Of a DNA stretch of 64,000 nt, positions 23,989 through 34,411 are shown piece by piece. Location of the stretch: positions 1,472,001 to 1,536,000 of the forward strand of contig CAVUDW010000003.1 in assembly GCA_963740355.1 (NCBI GenBank), written 5' to 3'. The stretch's first letter is position 1, and the number at the start of each line of letters is the position of its first letter. The notes beneath the pieces were generated by a model. The model did not search any database and was not told where the DNA came from. It saw only the letters and a program-made list of their open reading frames with translations. The stretch comes from an uncultured Gemmatimonadaceae bacterium (GTDB lineage Bacteria; Gemmatimonadota; Gemmatimonadetes; Gemmatimonadales; Gemmatimonadaceae). Both the position numbers and the translations under genes were made by a program.

Positions 23989-24273
23989 GTGGGCGAGTTC
24001 AAGGCATTCCTCAAGGAGTATGGCGTCATTGGCTTGGCGCTTGGCGTCATCATCGGCGGGAAGGCCGGTGAACTCGTCACCACCATCGTCGAAGGGCTGC
24101 TGATGCCGATCATCGGTCTGGTGCTGCCTGCTGGCGGATGGGAGAAGTGGGCCGTCGGCGACTTCAAGTTCGGGCCAGTGCTCGCAGCGCTGATCAACTT
24201 CATCATCGTCGCGTACTTCGTCTTCTTCGTGTCCAAGCGGTTGCTGAAGGAAGAAACCGTCACGAAGAAGTAA
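23989..24273 (+). CDS. mscL: Large-conductance mechanosensitive channel, short form
   Basis: EFKAFL..GVIGLALGVIIGG...LLMPIIG...FGPVLAALINFIIVA; GAGGTG RBS. Confidence 0.85.
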   Translation: MGEFKAFLKEYGVIGLALGVIIGGKAGELVTTIVEGLLMPIIGLVLPAGGWEKWAVGDFKFGPVLAALINFIIVAYFVFFVSKRLLKEETVTKK

Positions 24274-24307
24274 GTCGACGCGAACGCAGTGACCTGATTG
24301 GAGCGGA

Positions 24308-24354
24308 GAAAACAGAGCGGGCGATCTCCTGGAGAGATCGCCCGCTCTGTTTTC
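24308..24354. terminator. Bidirectional terminator between mscL and APC permease
   Basis: GAAAACAGAGCGGGCGATCTC...GAGATCGCCCGCTCTGTTTTC between convergent genes. Confidence 0.85.
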
Positions 24355-24371
24355 ACCAGCCACGCGTCCGG

Positions 24372-25733
24372 TCAGGCCGCAGCCGCATCGCCTCGACGCT
24401 TGAAGACGAGGTAGTACACCGGGATGCCGGCCAGGATCGTCGCGAACACACCCAGTGTCGCCCAGCGGCTGCTCTGATCCCAGAGTGCGTTGCCGATGAG
24501 GAAGATCGACGAGGCGATGAAGAGTGCGGGCACGAACGGGTACCCCGGTGTGCGGAATGTCGGGGCGTAGCCTGCCTGCTTTCGCAGCACGTAGACGCTC
24601 GCCACACCCAGTGCGTAGAACGGAACGATCGCCGTCACGAAGGCGTCAGCCAGCTGCTCGAAGCTTCGCGCCAGCACGAAGATGATGCCCAGCACCGCGC
24701 AGGCGATGATTGCGACGTACGGCGTTTCGTATTTCGGGTGCACCTTGGCCAGCGCGCGGAAGAACAACCCGTCGTCAGCCATCGCGAAGAAGATGCGTGG
24801 TGCCGTGAGCAGCGTGCCGTTGAGCGTCCCGAAGGTGGAGAGCATCACGGTGATCGCCACGAAGCTCACCCCCCAATCACCCACCAGCACCTGCGCCACG
24901 TCGGCCGCCACCAGTCGGGACTTCGAGATCTCCTCGACCGTGAACACCGACAGATAGGCGAGGTTGGCCAGCAGGTAGATCACCACCACGGCCAGCGTCC
25001 CGATGATCAGCGCGCGCGGCAGCACTCGCTGCGGGTCCTTCACTTCACCGCCCACGAAGCTCAGGTCCGCCCAGCCGTCGAAGGCCCAGAGAGCGCTGAC
25101 GAGCGCCAGGCCGAAGGCGCCGAGCGCGAAGCTGCCGGGCGGAACGGCCGGCGTGAAATGCCCGCCGGTTTTCGGCAATCCGATCGCGAAGGCGAGGATG
25201 ATGATGAACGCGAGGCCGCCGTACTTGGCGAGCGTCGTCACGTTCTGCACCAGGCTGCCCCAGCGCACACCGAGGATGTTGAAGATCGAGGTCAGCGCGA
25301 TGGCGGCCGCCGCCAGATAGTGGGCGTAGTCGCTATACGGTGCGATCGCCGGATCGTAGCCGCTGACGCGCAGCGCGTATTCGGCGAAAGTGATCGACAC
25401 GGCCCCCATCGAGGCCGCGCGGATGACCACGAACTCCGACCAGCCGAAGAGGAAGGCGGGCAGCCGGCCCCACCCTTCGCGGATGTAGACATACAAGCCA
25501 CCCGTTTTCGGATGGACGCCGGCGATTTCGGCCAGGGTCAGGGCGCCACAGAGGGCCACGATGCCACCGGCGACCCAGACCGCCATCAGGGGCAGGGGGC
25601 CGGGCAGCTTGGCGGCGATTCCGGCCGGCGACCGGAAGATGCCGGAGCCGATCGTGGAACCGACCAGCACGGCAATCGCGCTCCACAGGCCAAGTTGCCG
25701 GCGGAGGGTGGGAGCGGGGGGGGCGGAGCTCAT
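24372..25733 (-). CDS. APC family amino acid permease
   Basis: GSTIGSGIF, GGLYVYIREGWG, WAFDGW, multiple TM helices. Confidence 0.9.
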   Translation of the reverse strand: MSSAPPAPTLRRQLGLWSAIAVLVGSTIGSGIFRSPAGIAAKLPGPLPLMAVWVAGGIVALCGALTLAEIAGVHPKTGGLYVYIREGWGRLPAFLFGWSEFVVIRAASMGAVSITFAEYALRVSGYDPAIAPYSDYAHYLAAAAIALTSIFNILGVRWGSLVQNVTTLAKYGGLAFIIILAFAIGLPKTGGHFTPAVPPGSFALGAFGLALVSALWAFDGWADLSFVGGEVKDPQRVLPRALIIGTLAVVVIYLLANLAYLSVFTVEEISKSRLVAADVAQVLVGDWGVSFVAITVMLSTFGTLNGTLLTAPRIFFAMADDGLFFRALAKVHPKYETPYVAIIACAVLGIIFVLARSFEQLADAFVTAIVPFYALGVASVYVLRKQAGYAPTFRTPGYPFVPALFIASSIFLIGNALWDQSSRWATLGVFATILAGIPVYYLVFKRRGDAAAA

Positions 25734-25980
25734 CCGGGCAGCCTACGCCGACGCCTCTCCAATCGCAACGCGGTTCTCACACAGGATCCGGCACCGGGCC
25801 GGGTAGCGGGTCGGGCAGCACGCCTCGCGCGACAGGCGCACGGCGGCCGCCCACAGCCGGCTGACGTGCGGACGAACCACCTCCGCCGCTACCGATCCTC
25901 AGCCATACCGGCGAACTTTCCCTGCAAGGTTCCCGTTGGCTCGAGGGTAACCGGTCCATTGCCCGTAACCCCCGATTTCG

Positions 25981-26244
25981 ATGATCGCTACGACGATCTT
26001 CTGGGTGGCTGTCGTCCTCTGCGTGATCGCGCATCGCTACATCCTGCGCTCCGCATTCGCCGCCGGCGCTGCCGTCCAGCACACACACACCCTTCCCCCC
26101 ATCCGCCGCGCTGCGGAAGTGATGTGGGTGGTCCTCCCCGCCGTCGCCCTCGTGTTCCTCTTCATCGCCACCTATCGGGCGATCGGAATCCGTAACGCCG
26201 AGCAGCACACGCCCGCCGCAGCGACGGCCGAGGCCCTGACATGA
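25981..26244 (+). CDS. Small two-TM membrane protein resembling cytochrome oxidase subunit II TM region
   Basis: Two hydrophobic helices, EVMWVVLPAVAL; ATGA overlap with ctaA. Confidence 0.65.
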   Translation: MIATTIFWVAVVLCVIAHRYILRSAFAAGAAVQHTHTLPPIRRAAEVMWVVLPAVALVFLFIATYRAIGIRNAEQHTPAAATAEALT

Positions 26245-27211
26245 ATCTCCTGCGACGCCTGGCCGGCATCTCGCTGCTGGCCGCACTCGGCCATGTGATC
26301 TTCGGCGGCTTCGTCCGCATCTCCGGCTCCGGCATGGGCTGCGGTGACAACTGGCCGAAGTGTTACGGCTACTGGTTCCCGCCGTTTGATCGCCCCGACC
26401 TCGTGATCGAGGTGATGCACCGCTACTTCGCCGCCACCCTCTCGACTGTCGTCGCGGTGTTCCTGCTGATGTCGTTCCTGCGTCGTGCGGAGCGTGGCGT
26501 CTCGGGGAGCGGCGGTGTGTTGCGCGCAGCGGCGGTGGCGTTCGCGATCGTGATCACCGCGGCCACGCTCGGTGCCGTGACGGTGAACTACCGCAACGAG
26601 TGGTGGGCCACGTTGGCGCACAAGGCAGTGGCGATGTCGCTCCTGGCAACGCTCAGCGTGGCCTGGCTGCGCGCTGGTGGCATGCCATCACTGACCGCCA
26701 TCTCCGATCGCCTCGTCACCGACAAGACGATCAAGGCAAGCACAGTGGCTGCGGTCCTGGCATTGGTGACGGTGATGATGGGTGGCATGGTGGCGAAGTG
26801 GACCGGCGCCGCGGTGGCATGTGTCGGCTTCCCGCTCTGCGGTGCCGGCTCGATCGGCGGTGCCGCGCAGCACATCCAGCTCACGCATCGCGTGCTCGCC
26901 TACCTGACCGCGTTCCACGTCGTCTTCATGGCGATCTCCATCATGCGCCGGCGTGAACATCGCACGGTGACGCTGCTGGCCGGCATCGCCGCTGCAGTGG
27001 TTGTCCTGCAGATCGTGTTTGGCGCACTGATGGTGCTGGGTGGGTTCCCGATCGTGATTCGCTCACTGCATCAGGCAACCGGCGTGTTACTCTGGGTGAG
27101 CACGCTGACGCTCACCTACGCCGCACGTCGCGCCAAGAATCCGCCCGCTGACGGCGCCGCGGTTGGCGCACACGTCAAGCCGCGCACGCCGATGATGGCC
27201 GGAGCCACGGC

Positions 27212-27215
<4 letters not shown>
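26241..27215 (+). CDS. ctaA: Heme A synthase (COX15/CtaA)
   Basis: GSGMGCGDNWPKC, EVMHR, ACVGFPLC, HR, LHQ. Confidence 0.9.
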
Positions 27216-28111
<896 letters not shown>

Positions 28112-28119
28112 CCTCCTCC

Positions 28120-28425
28120 AACTGCCACTGCGAATCGCAGAGACGCAGCGGCGCAGAGGGTTCTCTCCCACCAGCAGTCTTCGGTGATCACGAAAGGCCT
28201 TCGCAATGCTTTGGGAACTGCAACTGCGAGAGCAGTTCCCAAAGCATTTTTCGCTTCGGTGCGATAGAAGCGGCGATCACACTCCAGAACCTTCGATTCC
28301 CCTTTGCGTCTTTGCGTCTCTGCGTTTAGCAGTGGCAGTGGCAGTGGCAGTCTTGCGGGCAGTTGGCCGTTTTGCAGCTGTGGCAGTTTTGCGGGGCGCG
28401 AAGCGCCCTTGCGTCAAGGCAGTTG
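28120..28425. repeat. Intergenic cluster of short repeats (GCGTCTCTGCG, GCAGTG/GCAGTT units)
   Basis: 26-bp segment 28369-28394 is the exact reverse complement of 42522-42547; GCGTCTCTGCG at 28314 and reversed at 28136. Confidence 0.7.
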
Positions 28426-28466
28426 CTCTTCGGCATGGCGCGCTGCGAGAGGAGTAGGTTTCGGTC

Positions 28467-29408
28467 ATGCCTCTCCCGCCCGATCTCCGTCCGCCGGCGC
28501 CATTGCCGGATGATCTGTTGCCGTTGACGGAGTGGACGAATGTGGACGAGGCCGCAGCGGAGGCGGTGCGGCGATTCACGACGCCGCCGCCAGTCACGCG
28601 ACGCATCACCGACGCCGATGAACGGGCGTTGATGCCGAAGTTCATGCCTGACGGCGCCGTGTTTCGCGATGTGCTGGGGCGAGAAGGGCGCATCGCAAGC
28701 TGGAGCTGGGGCGATCGCGACTGGCCGCTCGTCGTGTGCATGCATGGGTGGGGCGGCCGTGCCACGCAGTGGGGCCAGCTCGCCACCGCACTGCTTGCAC
28801 GCAGGTATCGTGTCGTGGTGCTCGATGCACCGGCGCATGGCGCCTCTGACGGCGATCGTGCCTCGCTTCCTGGATTTCGCAATGCACTGCTGCGCGTGCT
28901 CGCAGCCGCCGGGACGCCGCATGCGTTGGTGGGACACTCGCTTGGCGGGCTCGCCGTACTGGCCGCGATTGCATCGCGCGCGAACGCCGGCTTGTCACCA
29001 CTGCCTCGCGCGGTGAGCATCGGTGCACCGAGCAGCGTCGACCGGCCCATGTCACGATTCCTGCGCCGCCATCAGGGCAATGACGCCGTGGCCGCCGCGA
29101 TGATCGACCAGCTCGAGCAGCGGTGGCATTTTCGCTGGCGTGACCTGGACACCGTGTCACTCGCCTCGCAGGCGGCTGCCGCCGGCGGTGCGCCACTGCT
29201 GGTGGTGCACGCCGAAGACGACGAGCAGGTGCTGGTCGTCGAGTCGGAGGGGTTGGCCGCTGACTGGCCGGGTGCCGAACGATGGCTGGCGCCCGAAGGC
29301 ACCGGTCACCGCAAGATCCTTCGTCACCCGGACGTCGTGTCACGCATCGTCGACTTCATCGCAGCACCAGCCAACTCAGACGACGACGACGCTACCGGCG
29401 GAAGGTGA
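28467..29408 (+). CDS. Alpha/beta hydrolase
   Basis: HGWGG, DAPAHG, GHSLG, HAEDD, GHRKIL. Confidence 0.9.
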   Translation: MPLPPDLRPPAPLPDDLLPLTEWTNVDEAAAEAVRRFTTPPPVTRRITDADERALMPKFMPDGAVFRDVLGREGRIASWSWGDRDWPLVVCMHGWGGRATQWGQLATALLARRYRVVVLDAPAHGASDGDRASLPGFRNALLRVLAAAGTPHALVGHSLGGLAVLAAIASRANAGLSPLPRAVSIGAPSSVDRPMSRFLRRHQGNDAVAAAMIDQLEQRWHFRWRDLDTVSLASQAAAAGGAPLLVVHAEDDEQVLVVESEGLAADWPGAERWLAPEGTGHRKILRHPDVVSRIVDFIAAPANSDDDDATGGR

Positions 29409-30234
29409 TCGTGACGTCGGCGTCCGGTTTACCGACCGGGATGTCGACCTTCGCCCTTACGACGCCAAGTGATGGGTGCCAGGCATGAATCACCGCCGGT
29501 TGGCCACCGGCAGCAAACGAAAACACGGCGAGCCCGTTGAAATCGGAGATTGCACTCAAGCCCGGCGGCGTGATCGCAACAAACGCCTTCGCCGATGGTA
29601 GCCGCGTCGCATAAATGCCGAGCACACCGACGCTGTCCGTGCGGTGCCGAACCGGCACCAGCTGGCCCTCGGCGATGAACGTCACCGTGTCGATCGGTGT
29701 CGACAGCGATGATGGCACGATCACCAGCGACTCGGCCCGCTGATCGCGCGAGACCAGCTGGATGGTGCTGCCCGGCGCAGCGACCTGCAGGCGTGGCGAC
29801 AGCCGACACTGTTCGAGGACGACGGTCGGACGGTGCTCCGACGTTGCCGTGGGGTTCACGACGGTCGCCGCTCCTTCCACCCACAGCAGTGCGCCGATCA
29901 ACGCCGTGCCGTTCTGCGCGATGACCGTATCGCGCGAGCCCGCAACACACGCTGGATCGATGCTGCTCACCGGTGCCGCGCTGTCTGGTCGCGCAGCCCC
30001 TTCCACCACCACATGAACACGGAGCGTGACGGCGGCGGCGGAACTGCCGAAGGGCGCCAATCGCATGCGCGGCAACCGTAGCTCCTGCGCCGCTGCCGAT
30101 TGGGTCGCCGGAACCGCTCGTGCAGCCACCTCGGTGCCATCGCCTGTCGAACCCGAACACCCGCTCGCGATCAGCACCGGCACCACACACATCGCGCGCA
30201 GCGTCAGCGCGAGACCACCGAAACCATGGCGCAT
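29392..30234 (-). CDS. Putative lipoprotein, carboxypeptidase-regulatory/cupredoxin-like beta domain
   Basis: Lipobox-like ASGC, EQCRLSPR..PGSTIQL, AWHP; TGATG coupling to the CDF gene. Confidence 0.6.
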   Translation of the reverse strand: MRHGFGGLALTLRAMCVVPVLIASGCSGSTGDGTEVAARAVPATQSAAAQELRLPRMRLAPFGSSAAAVTLRVHVVVEGAARPDSAAPVSSIDPACVAGSRDTVIAQNGTALIGALLWVEGAATVVNPTATSEHRPTVVLEQCRLSPRLQVAAPGSTIQLVSRDQRAESLVIVPSSLSTPIDTVTFIAEGQLVPVRHRTDSVGVLGIYATRLPSAKAFVAITPPGLSAISDFNGLAVFSFAAGGQPAVIHAWHPSLGVVRAKVDIPVGKPDADVTITFRR

Positions 30235-31220
30235 CAAACGACACTTCCAGCCGCAGCCGCAGAAGGAGCAGCAGAAGCAGCGGCACTCCCAGCGGCCGAC
30301 GTCGCCGAACCAGCGCGAGCGTCGTCGCTTCCATCCGTGAACGGTTCCATGTGGACCAGCACTCCAAGCACCTGCGGCGTTGCCGCGCGTATGGCGTATT
30401 TCACCTTGCCGCTCACGATGTGGGCCGCTTCGAGTGACATCAGCGGATCGGCTTCCACGTGGATATCCACCCAATAGCCGCGACCCGCACGACGCACCGC
30501 CAGCTTCTCCACCGCGCGTACGTCCTCCACACTCGTCGCTGCATCGCGAATCGCGCGCACGACTTCCGGTGCGGCGACACGATCCATCAGGTCAGCGACG
30601 GCGGTCCGCAGCAGTGCCACGCCATTCCAGGCGATGATCCCTGCGGCCACCAGTGCCGCCCAATCGTCGGCACTCTCCCAGCCATCCCCGCCCGCCAGCG
30701 CCACGGTGATCCCGATGAATGCCGCGCCCGAAGTGAGGGCGTCACTGCGGTGATGCTGCGCATCGGCGGAGAGCGCCGTGCTGCCTTCCACACGCGCAAT
30801 CCGTCGAACGCGCCTGGCCATCAACTCCTTGATCACGATCACTGCCGCCAGCACGCCCAGCGTCCACGGTGCAGGCGTGTGATGCGGCGTGCGGATCTCG
30901 TGGATCGACGCCACCGCGATCCCGACACTCGCAATCAGGAGGAGCAGCGCGACTGAGGCGCCGGCCAGCGCTTCGGCCTTTCCGAATCCGAATGGATACT
31001 CGTCGGTCGCATCGCGGTCGGCGATGCGCACGCCAGTCCATACTGCCAGTGATCCGAAGAGATCGAATGCACTCTCGGCCGCGTCGGCCACCAGCGCGTA
31101 CGAATGCCCGATCAACCCGCCTACCAGCTTCGCAGCGGTGAGGGCGATGTTGACCACCATTCCCAATTGCGCCGCGCGAACTGCGACTCCTTCACTGCGT
31201 GCTGGCGCCGGCACTGACAT
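30234..31220 (-). CDS. Cation diffusion facilitator transporter
   Basis: SYALVADAAES, YPFGFGKAE, ADAQHHRSD, VDIHVE, AHIVS, VHMEP. Confidence 0.9.
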   Translation of the reverse strand: MSVPAPARSEGVAVRAAQLGMVVNIALTAAKLVGGLIGHSYALVADAAESAFDLFGSLAVWTGVRIADRDATDEYPFGFGKAEALAGASVALLLLIASVGIAVASIHEIRTPHHTPAPWTLGVLAAVIVIKELMARRVRRIARVEGSTALSADAQHHRSDALTSGAAFIGITVALAGGDGWESADDWAALVAAGIIAWNGVALLRTAVADLMDRVAAPEVVRAIRDAATSVEDVRAVEKLAVRRAGRGYWVDIHVEADPLMSLEAAHIVSGKVKYAIRAATPQVLGVLVHMEPFTDGSDDARAGSATSAAGSAAASAAPSAAAAGSVV

Positions 31221-32410
31221 CAGAGCTGGAACAGGTCGGTCTGGATCGCGGACGGCGTGACGAGCAGGTCGCCCGCCAGGGTGACGGCAACGTTCACTTC
31301 GGTGCGCATGCCGAAGCGCCCAGTGAGGTAAATCCCCGGTTCGACGGAAAACAGCACGCCGGGCAACAACTCACGCTCCTCGCGCGTCTCGAAGCCGTCC
31401 ATGTGCGGCCCCGAGCCGTGCAGGTCACGGGCGTCGATCGAGTGGCCGGTGCGATGTGTGAATGCTGCGCCGTAGCCGCGTGAATTGATCACGGCGCGGG
31501 CGGCGTCATCGACGGCGGCACCGCGAACGCGCTCGTGACGAGCGCAGGCGTCGCGCACCACGGCAATCGCGGCATCCCGTGCGTCGCGGATCGCGGCCCA
31601 CACCGGCAGCACGTCGGCGTCGGTTGGTGAACCGATGGTGGCCATCCAGGTCTGATCGGCAAACGGCTGACCCGGCTCACCCGCCCAGAGGTCGATCAGC
31701 AGCACCTGATCGGTGGTGATCAGTGCGTGACGATCTTCCGCTGGCTCATAGTGCGGATTCGCGCTGTTGGCACCGACGCTGACATTCGATGGATGCGTGG
31801 TGACGAGGCCGTGTGCGTCGAACTGTGACAGGATCCACTGCTGCACCTGGAACTCATTCAGCGGCGATCCCGCATGCGCCGCATCGGCCGCGCGACGCAG
31901 TGCGGCAGGCCCGATCTGCGCGATGATCTCGGCGGCACGTGCGTGCGCGGCGAGTTGCTCCTCCGTCAGCAGCGCGTAGAATCGCGTCACCAGTTCGGCC
32001 GACGTCTCGATCGTTGCACCGCAGGCGCGCACCATGTCGATCACGCCCCCGGGCACTCGATCCAGGTACGGCACCGCGTCGCCCGGCGAATACTCCATGG
32101 CGACCCGCTTGCCATCCACCAGCGCACGAATCTCCGACTCCAGCGACTGCCACGACTGGTAGACGCGTCGTCCCCAAGTGGCGGGCCATTTGCGCCACGA
32201 GTCGAGCTCGATGGCATGCATGAGGGCCACCGGTGTGCCGCTGGCCGGGATCCAGGCCACGGCCCGGCGCGACGACAACCCCTCGAAGCCGAGCAAGCCG
32301 GCGGCGATGGGGTTGCAACCCTTGAATTCGTAGAGCAACCAGCCGTCCAGGCCCGCGGCACGCAGGGCCGTCTGGATTTCGTTCAGGCGGTGGGGTTCTC
32401 GCATCCCCAC
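31220..32410 (-). CDS. M24 family Xaa-Pro aminopeptidase
   Basis: ANPHY, IDLW, DQTW, HRTGHS, FSVEPGIY, GMRTE. Confidence 0.9.
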   Translation of the reverse strand: MGMREPHRLNEIQTALRAAGLDGWLLYEFKGCNPIAAGLLGFEGLSSRRAVAWIPASGTPVALMHAIELDSWRKWPATWGRRVYQSWQSLESEIRALVDGKRVAMEYSPGDAVPYLDRVPGGVIDMVRACGATIETSAELVTRFYALLTEEQLAAHARAAEIIAQIGPAALRRAADAAHAGSPLNEFQVQQWILSQFDAHGLVTTHPSNVSVGANSANPHYEPAEDRHALITTDQVLLIDLWAGEPGQPFADQTWMATIGSPTDADVLPVWAAIRDARDAAIAVVRDACARHERVRGAAVDDAARAVINSRGYGAAFTHRTGHSIDARDLHGSGPHMDGFETREERELLPGVLFSVEPGIYLTGRFGMRTEVNVAVTLAGDLLVTPSAIQTDLFQL

Positions 32411-32436
32411 AAGCTATCAGCCAATGGAGCGAGCGG

Positions 32437-33042
32437 TCAGGCGCGACCCCACGAGGCCTTCCAGCGCTGCCCCGGTTCCGGCCCATCGATGCGCGTCACG
32501 ACTGCGGGAACGCCGGTGAGCTCCTCGAGCATCGTCGAGAATGCCGACGCGTAAAATGCATAGCCGGCGATCACCGAACCTTCGATCGTCACCGGGTCAT
32601 GCACGGCGAGAATCACCGTCGATCCGATGCGCTCCAGCCGAGCATCGAGATATCGCTTCGCGATGCGCCGCACGGTGGACAGCGCCATCGGGCGCGACAA
32701 CATGCCGGGCAGCCGCCGGATCGCGGCACGTCGCGCGCCGGACACCGTATCGACTGCTTCGCGGGCCAGCAACGATCCGGCCGACTCGAAGACGCGGTGT
32801 GCATCCGTCCGACGACCGATCAGGCGCGCCAACGCCGCCGCTTCATCGCGCACCGTGCGTTCGTTGCGCCGCACCGCCTCGCTATACCGCTTGATCTGCG
32901 CGTACACCGTGTCGCTGAGCCCAAGGCGCTTCGTGCGAAGCTCCTCGATGTATTCCGCTTCGACGTTGCCTTCCGGCGTGTCTACTTCGCGAACCGCTTC
33001 CAGCAGGCTGAGTGGGAGACGGGCATCAACGGTGGTGGACAT
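32437..33042 (-). CDS. Hypothetical protein
   Basis: 201-aa ORF with normal composition, co-oriented with the downstream genes. Confidence 0.7.
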   Translation of the reverse strand: MSTTVDARLPLSLLEAVREVDTPEGNVEAEYIEELRTKRLGLSDTVYAQIKRYSEAVRRNERTVRDEAAALARLIGRRTDAHRVFESAGSLLAREAVDTVSGARRAAIRRLPGMLSRPMALSTVRRIAKRYLDARLERIGSTVILAVHDPVTIEGSVIAGYAFYASAFSTMLEELTGVPAVVTRIDGPEPGQRWKASWGRA

Positions 33043-33324
33043 CGACGTGGCTCATGAAGGATGCGCCCGCCGCGACGCTGCGGTTCCGGGTCGCAAGACA
33101 GCACACCTGCTCGCAACGCGAGGGCGCACCATGCACGCCCCGAACCTATACCGAAGCAGAAAAACGAACAAGCGAACGGTCCGGATCGACGTTCAGGAAC
33201 CGCCATGCCCCGCAATCGCTTGCGTATATTAGCGAACTGCAAAACCTTCCCTGACACCGGCTCTCTGTCGCATGCTTCGACCAGCTCCCGGCGTTTTGAC
33301 TCCGCAGCCCGGCCAGCCGCATTC

Positions 33325-33609
33325 ATGCTGACACCGCATTCGTCTGACCCGATCGCGCCCCCCCCTGGCTGCGATGTGATCAGGACCGATTTCTTCGCGG
33401 CCTGCGAGGGCGAACTGACGCCGGCCGCACTGCTGGTAATCGAGACCCACCTGGCGCAATGCGAGGGCTGCCGTGAACGCTTCGCGGCAGACGCGGTCTT
33501 TCTTGGCGCCGTGCGTCGGGCAGCGTCGCTCGACATCGCTCCGCAGTCGCTGCGCGACCGTGTGGCACTGACCCTTCACGCGCGCACCACCGAAAACGCC
33601 TCAGCGTGA
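33325..33609 (+). CDS. zf-HC2 (anti-sigma-like) zinc-finger protein
   Basis: C...GEL...HLAQCEGC (HxxxCxxC), APQSLRDRV. Confidence 0.75.
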   Translation: MLTPHSSDPIAPPPGCDVIRTDFFAACEGELTPAALLVIETHLAQCEGCRERFAADAVFLGAVRRAASLDIAPQSLRDRVALTLHARTTENASA

Positions 33610-34409
33610 TGCTCCCGCCACTGGTCGCGGCAGCACTGGGTCCAGTGGTCGCTGGCATCGTCTGGCGTGCACGCCTGCTCACGAGCAGCGGCGCGATCGC
33701 TGCCGCTGCGCTCGGCAGCGCAGCGGCCCTCGCAGGTCTCGACTGGATGGCGCTGCTGCTCACGTTCTTCCTCACCAGCGTGTTGTTGGGCCGAAACGGC
33801 CGCGCCGAGAAGCAGCGCCGCAGCGCCAGCGTGATCGAGAAGGCGGGCCCTCGCGACGCAACGCAGGTGCTCGCGAACGGTGCCCTGTTTGGATTCGGAG
33901 CCATGCTTGCCGCCGATGGCGTCATCAGCACCGCAGCGGCGGCCGTGGCCCTCGGCGGGTTGGCGGCGGCGATGGCCGATACGTGGGGGACGGAGATCGG
34001 CATGCTCTCGAAGCAGTCGCCGCGATCGATCCTCACCTGGATGCCCCTCGAACCAGGCATGTCGGGCGGCGTCTCGATGCTCGGCCTGATGGCGACAGTG
34101 GGCGGTGCGGCGACGATTGCCGCCGTTGCCGCGCTGCTCCGCTGGCCTGCACACGTCTGCATCGCCGCCGCGATTGGCGGAATCGTTGGCGCGATGGCTG
34201 ATTCAGTACTCGGCGCAACTGTACAACAGCGTCGACGCTCACTCCGGACGGGCCGCATGACGGAACGGATGAAGGATGCCGATGGCACACCGACGGTGAC
34301 GGCTGGCGGGCTCGATTGGCTGAACAACGACGGCGTGAATTTCGCCTCCACGCTGATCGGTGGTGCGACCGCGTTTCAGGTGCACTTCTTCGCAGCCGTG
34401 GTGCGTTGA
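33606..34409 (+). CDS. DUF92 family membrane protein
   Basis: RDATQVLANG, ADTWGTEIG, PGMSGGVS, DSVLGATVQ, NNDGVNF. Confidence 0.85.
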   Translation: MMLPPLVAAALGPVVAGIVWRARLLTSSGAIAAAALGSAAALAGLDWMALLLTFFLTSVLLGRNGRAEKQRRSASVIEKAGPRDATQVLANGALFGFGAMLAADGVISTAAAAVALGGLAAAMADTWGTEIGMLSKQSPRSILTWMPLEPGMSGGVSMLGLMATVGGAATIAAVAALLRWPAHVCIAAAIGGIVGAMADSVLGATVQQRRRSLRTGRMTERMKDADGTPTVTAGGLDWLNNDGVNFASTLIGGATAFQVHFFAAVVR

Positions 34410-34411
34410 CC

